DNA of 55,747 nucleotides from Perkinsus olseni (Eukaryota): NCBI GenBank assembly GCA_013115125.1, contig JABANN010000184.1, positions 1 to 55,747 of the forward strand, read 5' to 3'. Shown piece by piece: positions 22,201 to 32,634 of this stretch (position 1 is its first letter; each line of letters starts with the position of its first letter). The notes under the pieces were generated by a model. It saw only the letters and a program-made list of their open reading frames with translations, ran no database searches and was not told where the DNA came from. The position numbers and the translations under genes were made by a program.

Positions 22201-23652
22201 CAGCCCTCAGGCAAGGTTCCACTCTGTACAAGACCTAGAGGATATCAGACGCTGCTGCCACAGACGATCGTATCAGCTTCTGTGCATGCTGACTTTCCCT
22301 CATCCGAAGGTCAGCAAGCTCACCGCGAACAGACCGACGAATTTTCCTCGCCGCCATAAACATCAAATACTCAGAGAGGACGGATATCAACACTGCGATC
22401 GACGAAGCCCGCTTATTGCACGCCGCCCCGCGCCAAATCACAGCGACAGACAGACCAAACTTACGATATATTTCGGATATCTTAATATCACTTCAGAAAA
22501 CCCCCCTGGTCGAGTGCTAATTCCCCAGACCCTACATTGCTGGTAACCAGCTCGATCAAGGCCGCCTCCACATCTGCCTTGACCTCTCTCATCGGTGGTG
22601 CATGCTCTCCGACGTACTCTGAAGGGGTAAGATACCCCACCTCCGCCGCTGCCATCAGCCTTACCTCGCCACCGTAGTGCTGTGAACTCAATCAGGTCAT
22701 CCCACGGGACTCTGCCACGCCGCAGGACCTGACCTTCAATCTGCAAATTTCGCTCGCCCGGAAATATCTTTACCTCGGCCATGACATGCACCGCCACCGG
22801 TCGCCGTCGTCCCATCTGTTGTTGAACGAGGTTCATATACTTGGGGTATCGTAAACGAGCTATAACAGCACTGGGCGACGCACTATACAAAACCTAAGAA
22901 TGACGCCACTCGGGATCGAACCGACGACCTTTCGCATGGGAGGCGTACCAAGTGCTGCGGCGGAGCGCCTATTTTCTCTTGGCTCGGCACTTGAACTTGG
23001 CGGACCATGTGAGAGACCGCTATGTTGTTTTGTAGCAAAATCATCAACGCGTCGCGGATGCACGACCAAGTCATTCTATCTGCAATAAAAAGGCAACATG
23101 GTGGGATCGAACCGGAGACCTTCTGAATCGCCATCCTCACTCGTAATCTCATGCACCGAATGAGTGACCTTCGCATCTGTCCGCAGATCCAGTGGCCAGC
23201 TGAGCTCCTCGTTCACATACTTGCTCAACTCCGGGAACCTGAGCATCACTCCTACAGCATCCCTCCGCTAGCGTTCGAAAATACGGATATCCTATCCCAA
23301 TACTTCGGTCAGAAAAAAACTCATTCGTCGTTGTTATTTTGGTAGTAACAGCAAATTGCTGTGGCCATCACAGTAATAGTCCCGAGGCGCGCTCGGAAGG
23401 GTGCTATGAACAGAGTGCAATGGCATGAATTTACTGTTGTTAGATATAAGACTGAGTAGTGATAGTAACCACTCTCACCTACCTCATGGGCCCTCTTGAT
23501 AGAAGGCAGCTCGCTACAGCGGAGACGGCGGGGCCAAACTGATCAGTGATTATATCACAGCAAAGCTTGTGGACGGCCGCCTGAGGAGCCTCGATCGCCG
23601 GGGCATTGAAGGGGGGTGGCCGAGACGACGGCGCTGATGACGAGCCGACCAT
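19284..23652 (-). CDS. POLR3C: RNA polymerase III subunit RPC3/C62/C82 (multi-exon)
   Basis: N-terminal winged-helix pattern LCCDIITDQFGPAVSAVASCLLSRG, IRDALMILLQNN, LRYPKY. C-terminal ARVYQYLL...CMIDREECQMLLHRLHSEHIIKLSE|VPK. Confidence 0.85.
19419..19429 (-). promoter_or_regulatory. intronic B-box (tRNA 3'-half-like) in the last RPC3 intron, 19388-19450
   Basis: GTAAGTAACCTGAAGGTCGCT-GGTTCGATTCC. Confidence 0.7.
20861..20871 (+). promoter_or_regulatory. intronic B-box, antisense, in RPC3 intron 20834-20883
   Basis: CC-GGTTCAATCCC-CGG. Confidence 0.6.
22912..22922 (-). promoter_or_regulatory. intronic B-box in RPC3 intron 22894-22948
   Basis: CGAAAGGTCGTC-GGTTCGATCCC-GAGTGGCGTCA. Confidence 0.7.
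23103..23113 (-). promoter_or_regulatory. intronic B-box in RPC3 intron 23080-23140
   Basis: TCAGAAGGTCTCC-GGTTCGATCCC, followed by a T5 tract. Confidence 0.7.
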
Positions 23653-23670
23653 TGAGAATAGCCAAACACT

Positions 23671-23705
23671 AAAATGCACCCACTGGGATTCGAACCCGGG
23701 TCGAT
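23671..23705 (-). promoter_or_regulatory. B-box/tRNA-3'-half element immediately upstream of the RPC3 ATG
   Basis: ATCGACCCG-GGTTCGAATCC-CAGTGGGTGCA-TTTT, about 35 bp before the ATG at 23652. Confidence 0.7.
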
Positions 23706-23845
23706 GTGAAACACAAATCACAGAACTCTAAAAATGTCTGAAGTTCAACAGTGTCGGAATAGTATTATAATCAAATATCATCCAAACTTCACACGTCATC
23801 TGATAAAGCGTTGAGGAACTTCAAGGCCGTCCAAGAGTCCAAGAT

Positions 23846-26800
23846 TCACTCTAGAATGTCCAGAACAGCCATGATCTCTGACAGATACTCAGGGTAGTGA
23901 TCGTGGCGTTCGACCAACTTTCCCAAATCAACATTTTCCACGCCCGAGATCCCCCGAGCAGGGCTCAGCCCCGCCACCTTGACCCCCCACTCCATGTAGC
24001 GGTAGAGGAATCCTAACACCCAATCACTGCCAGAGTAGCCATTGACGAATCTTCCGGATACAACCGCGCGCGCCCTGAAATTAACACTGTCGGAGGGTGG
24101 GGGACTTGAGTATCTTACCTTCGCCACGCTTTCTTATGATCAGACCCCACGGCAGGGGCGTCAAAAGTGACGGCGATCGGGGCTCCCAACAAAACAACGT
24201 TTTGAACGACATTGAAGTATCCTTTGCTGTACCTACATCATCCGAAAATATCTTAGGTCGGAGAGTGTAAGATTCAAATAGGTCGGGTGAATCCGAGTTG
24301 AGTTTCCCGGTACTTACAAAATTTCTAAACATTTGAAAATGACACGTGCGCCGTTGCTGATGCCCACTAGAGTGACTGGTCGATTCCCCACACAATTCGG
24401 GTCCATAATAGCGGAGGCCAAAACCTCTCCCGCCACGGACGACCGATCACGTACAACCTGAAAGAAAATAACCTAGCTAGGAATCGAACCAGCAACCTTT
24501 CGATTACCAGCCAGGTGTTGTCCAGGTCAGTCATGTACTTTATAATCCACACTGGGAACATCGCAGTTGCTGCTGCCGCCCCAATCGTAGCCTGCAGCCA
24601 CAGACTGGCCGCCTGCTTTGCAATCTCGTCCGTGATCAATCGACGCAGAACCTTCACGGAAGGAAAACAATAACAAAACGACCTTACCCAGGTAGAGAGT
24701 TAGACCGGTTCTGGAGAGGTCCCCTCTGTGGACCTGTGCCTCGGCAGGAATAGCGCGAATTTTTAGTGCCTCATCAGAACTGGATGAAGTAAACCAGTGG
24801 AGAAGAGTGGTGGACTAGTGGATCGTCAGCAGTCATTCAACGCGTTGATGGAGTTGAGATAAAATTCGTAAATTCACCACAGCAGATCCAAACATCAACC
24901 AAACGCCACCCAAACCTCCGTCCCACCCGCGGCCTACGCTTCCGAGCCTGAGGAGATCATGGCTCTCCCAATTAACCGCATAAACTTCGCTCTGCCGGGC
25001 CGGATGTCCACCACATCGATTCAGACTCCCGCTGCCGGTGGTATCCTCGCTGTAGATCTCGGGTTCGATCCACGGCAGGATCACATCATCCCGATCCCGA
25101 AGCCATCTACGAGTGACACAAAAATCTCACAACATGAGGCGCTTCGCTCCGCCTACCCTCCCACACACAGTCGCAGCTCCAGTGCTCCCGGATCACTCGC
25201 CTGACCTCGATCGTTCGTCGCACTGTCGGTCTGGTCCACTTTCCGCCCCCAGGAATCGAACGCACGACCTTTGGATTTCAATATTGCGCTTTCAGCGTAG
25301 GCGTCCTTGAATTCAAATTCATGAAGATCTCCCCATCTTCTGTTCATCTTGAATCCGGTAAGACCCGCCCCGCCGGCCCCGAACAGGACCGCTACCCCAG
25401 CCGTCCCCACAGCTGCGAGAAAACCGCTGGCCGAGACGATCAGTCCACCAACAGCCACTCCTAGTGAACCCAGACTCCCGAGAGCCGTACCAACGCTGGC
25501 CAGACCTGTAGGCAACACCAAGCAATTTCGTGGCGCAGTGACGCTCGTTTACTACTACCAGCAACCACTGCGGGTGCGGCCAAGCCTCCAGTGAGTGCAA
25601 GGAGAGCTCCTCCGCCCAAGGCTGCAGCGCCGATCTTCATGCGTCTCGAGAGCCTCGAGCTGTGGAAAAGGACACTAGCGGCGAGTACGGAGTTTGGGCG
25701 TGGGGACGAGCTGTGCAACGCTGACTGACCTCAGTACTCTCTAGAAGGGACAGCATTCTATAACGGGAAAGTGAACGGCCATCGACAGTCGATGGTATAT
25801 TAGAACCCGGGTCGATTGAGTGTTAAATCAGCGCCTTAACCGCCAGGCTATTCCTACCCGCTGCTTGCCCGAACATGATCAACTCCCGGCTGGACTCGAT
25901 TCTCCAGCTGTCTTTGATGCTGCTGCTCTTCTTCCTCTTCCTTCCCTTTTCTTAACGCTTCATTCAACTCTAATCCAACTTCACACTCCCACCCCTCGAT
26001 AACGTGCGCAGATATACCGAACAATCCGGCCATCTCGAACAGCGCACAGCGAGTGCCTGCCAACCAAAGATTCCAACCCACTAAATCTCCTAAGAGAAGG
26101 AGTCAGGTAGACGGGCTGACTCAGCCCACACAAGGAAGATCTCCCCGTCAGTGATAGTAAGACGCCAGTCGCATGCATGCACACCAACGACCATCAAAGG
26201 ACATCATCCTCATCGCTCTGACCGACCGTGAAGATTACGACTGTTATAAATATGTTGCTTCGCTCCGCCTTCTTTCGATTTCTTTTTTCCACTCCGCTTC
26301 TTCTTCCTCCTCTCATGGTTCACCTCATCTCCCGTAGACTCTCCTGGACCACCGCCAAGGAGGTTGAGGGTAAGGTCGCGCAAAACCAAAGATACCTAGA
26401 ATACTATCCGTTCCAATTTTGTGGCGCGCGGTCAACCCACCGATGATTTCCCTCCTTCAAGTGTCATGAGATGTGCCACGAAGCCGTCCGCCTCGGGAGG
26501 TGGCGTACGCCATTGCAGCTGAAATACCACAACAATCGGCGCTTCGCTCCGCTGTGTAAAAGCCCACCCCTCCCGGAAGGTTCATCTCTAGCAATTGAGT
26601 CAGCGCCCTACAACAAGCCTCGTCCGCATCAATTATGTCCAGCACAACCTAGGGGCATCCAGAGTTGAGCGTGTAAGATACAAAACCGGTCAGATTCACC
26701 TCCAATGACCTCCTTGCCCACGTCACTACGGCTTTACCAAGTTTAGATCCTCTGTATTTATGCCTCCCCCACATAGGTGTTGGAGACGACGAGGCAGCAT

Positions 26801-27985
26801 TCTTACTAGTATCCTGAAAGATACGGCAGCTTCCAAGGTCCAACCCAGTTGGTATCTTTACATCGCCAACATCGTCGTCGTCGTCACCATCACTTCCCTT
26901 GCACTCCTTCCAGTCGGTTAACCACCGTCGAGCCAGTACACTCACTACACATACCCATATACCGCCTAGACTCATCCTCATCTGAACATGATTTGCTGAA
27001 GGAGTGGTATGACCACTCATATTCCTAGCAGCCTCCACCCGAGGTAGCACAAGGAGAGCCGAAAAAGCGATGAAGCGCAACCAGAGCATTCCTGTCAAAC
27101 GAAGATGGGCCAGTGGCAGAAAACCATCAACGCCCCGAGGCGAGCACAGCAGCTGAGGGGAAGGGAGAGCTGCTGGAGGTCCATACTACATCACTAGGTA
27201 GCTCCCTGAGCATCTTAGTGCCCTCGAAGGTTGTCCTATCATTAGTCGCTCTGGCCTCCTTTATGGCATCTACTCTGTTAGCCCGGAGGTCATGGTACCT
27301 ACCGACAGGAAGGACCATCCCACCTCTGAGTCGGTCTGAGGCATCCTCAAGGAGATATCGAATGCTTCGCGCATACAGCCACCATGCTCTTCAGGATGCC
27401 TCGACACGCCGGGCCAGGCTTTGCCACATCCGAATTCAAGCTGCCCGTGCCACCCTCCGCCGCCCCAGCCTTCGCAGATTATCGTGCTGCCGTTATTTGC
27501 CGACATCCCTCCGTCCGCGGAGACTCCGCGGCGGAGTCGAAGCTTAGTGGTCTGTCGTCCCAACCCACCCCACGCATTCCCCTACTACCGCTCCCTCGCC
27601 GCCTTGACTGCCATCTTGTGCGCCGAAGTATTCTCTACGCTCGCAGCCGCCGGCACGATTGCCGTAGACGATGCCTCCTCGCTTTCATCTAACAGCAGAC
27701 TCTTCTGCTCTTCTGTAGCCTGAACAGGGCCCTACGATTTGGGGAAGTTTTGGTACGGAAACTTGCACGCATGCACACCTTCCCGTGTTTGCTAAGTTTC
27801 TTTTTCTTCTTCGCTGATCCTGCCGACGACGGCTCACTATCCGGCGGATCTTCCTCCTTCTTAGCATCGGCCTCTCCAACACTGTCGAAGTCAATCAAGT
27901 GCGCGTTAAAAGCGACAGCCCCAGGGTTCGAACCCGAGGGCTCTTCCATCCGGCTGTCATACACATTACCAGCGCCTCTACTCAT
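23846..27985 (-). CDS. DUF726/TMCO4-like membrane protein with alpha/beta-hydrolase-like C-terminus (multi-exon)
   Basis: KIGAAALGGGALLALTGGLAAP, LFGAGGAGLTGFKMNRRWG, GNRPVTLVGISNGARVIF, VVSGRFVNGYSGSDWVLGFLYR, HDHYP. The 5' exons are less certain. Confidence 0.82.
24480..24490 (-). promoter_or_regulatory. intronic B-box in DUF726-gene intron 24458-24507
   Basis: GTAATCGAAAGGTTGCT-GGTTCGATTCC-TAGC. Confidence 0.7.
25794..25857 (-). pseudogene. degenerate tRNA-like sequence starting at an intron donor
   Basis: GTAGGAATAGCCTGGCGGTTAAGGCG (A-box/D-arm-like) ... TTAACAC ... ATCGACCCGGGTTCTAAT (decayed T-arm). Confidence 0.5.
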
Positions 27986-28118
27986 GCCGACCCGAGACAA
28001 GCATAAAACCAGAAAACAAAACCTACACAGCCGCAGCCCCACTGCCGACCATCCCTCTCTTATAAAGCACTCAACGTCACACGCCACGAAATTCCCCAAT
28101 GAGACGTTAACTTCCACC

Positions 28119-30408
28119 CTAAGTGCGCTTCGACTTGGACGATTCGTAATCTTGCTTGTACATTTTGATGGTCTTGTCACACTCTCCAGTGATCAGCCTT
28201 TCTCCGGACCTGTAGATATCCAACCAACTCATACCACTCCATCCCCAAATCCCGATTGAGCTTACTTATCAAAGGCCAACGCATAGATGCTTCGCTCGCT
28301 GCTCATACTCCCTGGTTGAGGTGGGGTGTTGATGTCCTGGAAGATTTGCCCCGAGGCCCAATCCCAGAACAGAAGGTGGCCAGCGTCCGTGCCCGCCACC
28401 ATCACCGGCGAGTCCTACGAGACAAGCAGCTATCATACAGACTTTATACTCTAGTAGATATACGCAGAGCATGAACCCTTGCAGCCCTCAACCCGCACAG
28501 GTTCGATACCCACCCCTTCATCTCTTATCTTCAGACAGTGCATGACTGTACCAGGAATGTTATGATCAATATTTCGCTCGAACACTCCATCAGGAGACCT
28601 CCACACCTTAATCTGGAGAGAAGATACTCTCCGATCTACACCAACTCATCCACAGGTTAACCTACATGATCTGCTGCTGCTGATGCAAATAGTGGTAGTC
28701 GAGGATGTACCGCCAATGCCCTGACGCCCTTCTTGTGGTGCGTAAGAGTAGCTGAAAGATACCATCACTCGCGCACAGGGAGGAATCCATAAAGATATCA
28801 TTCGGCGGCAGCAGAACTGCTCACTACATCATTTTCCGATCAAATGAAAAAACTTTGTCAACCTATTCCGAAGAGTGTTCAGCCTAGTTAAACTTCGTAA
28901 CGAAAATTAACTTTTTGTCAAGTGATCAGAGTTTGGGAAATACTTGATCGGGAAAGAAAGAAAAGCCCAAATGTCGGAGCCCGGGATCGAACCCGCGACC
29001 CTTCCCCCAGCACTACTTCGGCATTTTCCAGCCTTCAAGTCCCAAAGCCTAATGGTCGAGTCCATAGAGCCCGATATAACCTGTGGCTCCATCTGCTGCG
29101 ACGCGAGACAATTGACGGTACTAGTATGGCCACCCAACACGTGAATGGCGTGCTTGGTTCGGATGTCCCACACCCTAAAAACCACCACTCAACATCCTCC
29201 GAGCTAACAACCACCTCGACCCACCTAACCGTAGCATCGCGACTGCCAGTGAAAAGAACATCCAGAGTCGGGTGCGTCTCCATGCAGTACACGCCACTCA
29301 AGTGACCGTGGTAGCTTCGAACGACCTATACAGCAGTGGGTGCGTCGGTTGGGGCGCTAAGGGACGGCTACCGTGTTCATCTCGAGGTCCCAGCACTTGA
29401 CCATATTGTCCTCACCGCAACTGAAGAGATACTTCAATCGCGGATGGAGCTTGAGGCCTCGGATGTTGTGTATATGACCCGTCAGAGTCAGCTTCAATGT
29501 ACCTATTTAACACGATGGGGTGGACTGAGCTCGAGTCGGCAGCATAAGAGAAAACTAACCGCCACACTGATAGGGACGTGGTACGAGCACCTCTTGTCAC
29601 TACGTAGAGTTGCTGGTACGGCAAGCATGCTCTACTCTCGTTGTTCTCAGTCGATCCACCGCGCACCACACCCGAATCGACCCCCTCCACCCTCACTACC
29701 CGTGGCCAGATCCCAAACCTTGATCATCTTATCATTCCCGCCACTCACAAAGAACTCGTTACTCGGGTCCACATCCAAGGCACGGACCCAACCCTAATAA
29801 CACCAACTCGAAATACCGACAAGCCCTCCACCCGTCCCCCGTCCGACCTGATGTCCTTGCACCACTCTATACAGATTCCAATCAGGATGCCACTGCTGCT
29901 TCGGTCGATGACGACCAATGTTCTCATGAATCGCCAGTATCCCCTTAGCCGCCGTGCCAGCCGTTCGAGCCATCAAACGGCTCTCCCCCGGCAAACGGTT
30001 GAGCCCTACACACAAGGAGCTGCCATCCCCACGCAAGCCCCACTGCCTACTACCTTGGGTAGCTACCAACGCCGTGCTCGTTGCCTTCACTTCAGGCAGC
30101 TCCGCCGCGGGTCCAGCAGCCGCACCGGCCGTAGGCAAATTCAAGACGCTCATCTTCTGTCCCATTTTCGTGACAGAGAGGTCGACATTGCCAAAGTTGT
30201 CCTCAAAGATTCTTCTCTGCTTGGCCTCTCTTATCTCGGGAGGAGACACTACGTGATGAGGGTAAATGTCGTGAGGCTCCGGTCCGGGTCGCCAGAGCTC
30301 CAACGTCCGCTTCTGATTCAATTTGACCAAGTCCGTGAACTTCACCTGATGGCCCTCGGCCGACGACGATGAAGGGGCGGCCGCCGTGGCAGCGGTAGTG
30401 GAAGCCAT
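28119..30408 (-). CDS. PLRG1: pleiotropic regulator 1 / Prp46 WD40 splicing factor (multi-exon)
   Basis: [88 protein letters not shown]. Confidence 0.92.
28500..28510 (+). promoter_or_regulatory. intronic B-box, antisense, at the donor of PLRG1 intron 28415-28513
   Basis: CCCGCACA-GGTTCGATACC, in a Ser/Leu-tRNA-like context. Confidence 0.6.
28983..28993 (-). promoter_or_regulatory. intronic B-box in PLRG1 intron 28752-29016
   Basis: GAAGGGTCGCG-GGTTCGATCCC-GGGCTCCGACA-TTT. Confidence 0.7.
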
Positions 30409-31250
30409 GGACCAAGCAACAGAACACTGCGGGTACGTCGAGGGAGGAAGAGAAGCACATGCCTTAAAAGATTTCGATTGTCATCACCAGACACAAGCAA
30501 GATGAAGGAGTGAACGATCGTGACAAGTCACGTAGAGGCCACCCTCTATCTAACCCACGCATCAACATAAGATACGTGAAAGATACCCTGCGTACTCTCC
30601 TCACAATGACGATTAGACACTCAAACTCCGCAGAACACAGTACACAACCCTGACACTCAGTTAAACCGTTCAAATTTCAGCTATTCTCAGGACTCAAGGC
30701 CCCTATTCGATAGGATAACTTATCGGTTCCACACCCCGCCAATAGTATAGCTCCCAACACCAGGCGTGCGAAAATATTGCGAAAATGCCAGTCCGACCGT
30801 TATCGGCGCTTCCACGGTCAACACAAGTCTGGAAAATTCTCATTAAACACGGTGAAGCTCCCATGACAGAATAAACAATATGCCCGCTGCCTACTAATCA
30901 ACACAAAATGACTTTGACAGAAATAGCGCTGCCTAGCAACGCTAAGCCTCTGCCGTGTGGGACTGCACACCTCCCTCCTCAACTACCCGTACCAACTCAA
31001 GCCAACGGATGCAATCATAACAAAACGGCCAAGGCTAATAAAACATCACCAGACCCTGATAGAAACCTCTCCACACTCCCCAACGCCACCCAATAGAACA
31101 TTGATAAACACGACAATGCAGCAAATCCCGTACCTCGAAAGGTTACCGCCAAGCCGCCAAGGATTAAATCTTCCATCGTGGCCAAATCTAGGTAGTAATA
31201 GTCCAATCATCATCAAAACTACAACAACGGGACAAGGTGAGGCATCAGAC

Positions 31251-32408
31251 TTAAGCCTGAGTGGTCTCAGCCTCGCGGCCGAAGTACTTCCTCTTCTCAT
31301 CAGAGGTCTGGAACCTACCGTGACCGTACTTAGAGGAGGTATCGATGAACTTGAGATCGATCTTCTCCAAGGCGTTACGGCTGGTCTGGACGAGAAGGCT
31401 CTTACGAAGGGTGATGACACGCTTCTTAGGACCAGTGACGGTACCCTTGAGCATGACCCAGTCCTCGTTGATCTCACCGTAGTGGGGGAAGCCACCCATG
31501 GGGGTGATGGCCTTCTGGGTGAGATCGTTGGAGCCAGCGGCGTTGTTGGGGTCCTCACGAAGAGCCTTACCAATGCGGTAGATCTTCTTGTTGATCTCAA
31601 CACGATGATGGTAACCCATCTGACCGGCACGAGGGACCTGGAACTGGACACGGGCCGGATGCCAGGCACCGATACAGGCGACCTTGCGAAGACCACGATG
31701 GGTCTTACGGGCAAGACGAGTAACGCCCCATCGGGTGGTGACACTAGTGTTACCGTGACCCTTAGTCACACCGATGACATCAACCATCTCGTCCTTGTCG
31801 AAGACAGAGGCGATCGGGACCTCCTTCTCGAAGAGAGACTGGCAGAAGTCGACCTTATCGGAGATGGAGCCACCGTTGACCTGGATCTCAACAATGTGGG
31901 CCTTCTTCTGAGAGAGCTTGACCTTGCTGACCTGGGTGTGCATGATGGCACGCACAACCTGGCAGTACTTCTTACACCGCTGGACCTCGGCGTCATGGTC
32001 CTTCTCCTGGTACTTGGTGAAGGCCTTCTTCTTGGAGTGATACCAGTTCTTGTAGAAGCGACGACGGACCTCATCGGACAAGTGCTTGGCCCACACAGTG
32101 GTGAGAGCACGAAGACCGTTGGGGGTCTCGACGTAGCCGACGAAACCGACGCATACCATAGGGGGGGCCTCCAAGACGGTGACAGCCTCGACGACCTCCT
32201 TCCTGTGGAGCTTGGAACCCGGCTTATCGACATCACGGACGATATGGGTCATGCCGGCCTTGTAGCCCATGAAGGCCGTAAGGTGGCAGGGCTTGGACTG
32301 GTCGTCCTTAGGGAACGACTTTACCTTACCCTTATGATGACGGGTACGCTTGCGGGGCAAGAAACCCAAAGACCCGTGACGGGGGACCTCAAACTTCCTA
32401 TGAGACAT
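31251..32408 (-). CDS. RPL3: 60S ribosomal protein L3 (uL3), intronless
   Basis: [18 protein letters not shown]...[18 protein letters not shown]...[13 protein letters not shown]; strong codon bias. Confidence 0.98.
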   Translation of the reverse strand: MSHRKFEVPRHGSLGFLPRKRTRHHKGKVKSFPKDDQSKPCHLTAFMGYKAGMTHIVRDVDKPGSKLHRKEVVEAVTVLEAPPMVCVGFVGYVETPNGLRALTTVWAKHLSDEVRRRFYKNWYHSKKKAFTKYQEKDHDAEVQRCKKYCQVVRAIMHTQVSKVKLSQKKAHIVEIQVNGGSISDKVDFCQSLFEKEVPIASVFDKDEMVDVIGVTKGHGNTSVTTRWGVTRLARKTHRGLRKVACIGAWHPARVQFQVPRAGQMGYHHRVEINKKIYRIGKALREDPNNAAGSNDLTQKAITPMGGFPHYGEINEDWVMLKGTVTGPKKRVITLRKSLLVQTSRNALEKIDLKFIDTSSKYGHGRFQTSDEKRKYFGREAETTQA

Positions 32409-32490
32409 GGCGGTAGTGGACGGTGCCTTGTGGGAAGATTGGCAGCTGGAGGGCAACGACAAGTTGATCGATTATGCTCATTTAGCTATG

Positions 32491-32531
32491 TTGTGCAGCG
32501 GTCACCTCGGGTTCGATCCCTGCCCACGGCA
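32491..32531 (+). promoter_or_regulatory. tRNA-His-like 3' half with B-box in the RPL3/HslU divergent intergenic region
   Basis: TT-GTG-CAGCGGTCACCTCG-GGTTCGATCCC-TGCCCACGGCA. No intact 5' half. Confidence 0.6.
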
Positions 32532-32634
32532 TTATCTGCCGCGCGCCATGAAAATACGCGCACGCCCAGATCATGAGCAATATTTGAGCCGAGCACCCGA
32601 CTTTGATTTTTCTCTCTACAAGAGGCCATCGCCC

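Noticed and set aside
22468-22856. LRYPKY appearing twice in ORF 22438-22890
   Set aside because: The second copy appears to be intronic or out of the coding frame, with no surrounding similarity. Treated as coincidence, though the local exon structure is unresolved.
25062-25072. GGTTCGATCCA B-box-like match
   Set aside because: Imperfect, and explained by coding sequence (PWIEP) on the opposite strand.
19388-32531. B-box elements as functional split or permuted tRNA genes
   Set aside because: T-stems are mispaired and no matching 5' halves or complementary leaders were seen.
30957-32576. 539-aa plus-strand ORF
   Set aside because: Antisense shadow of the strongly codon-biased RPL3; no protein motifs.
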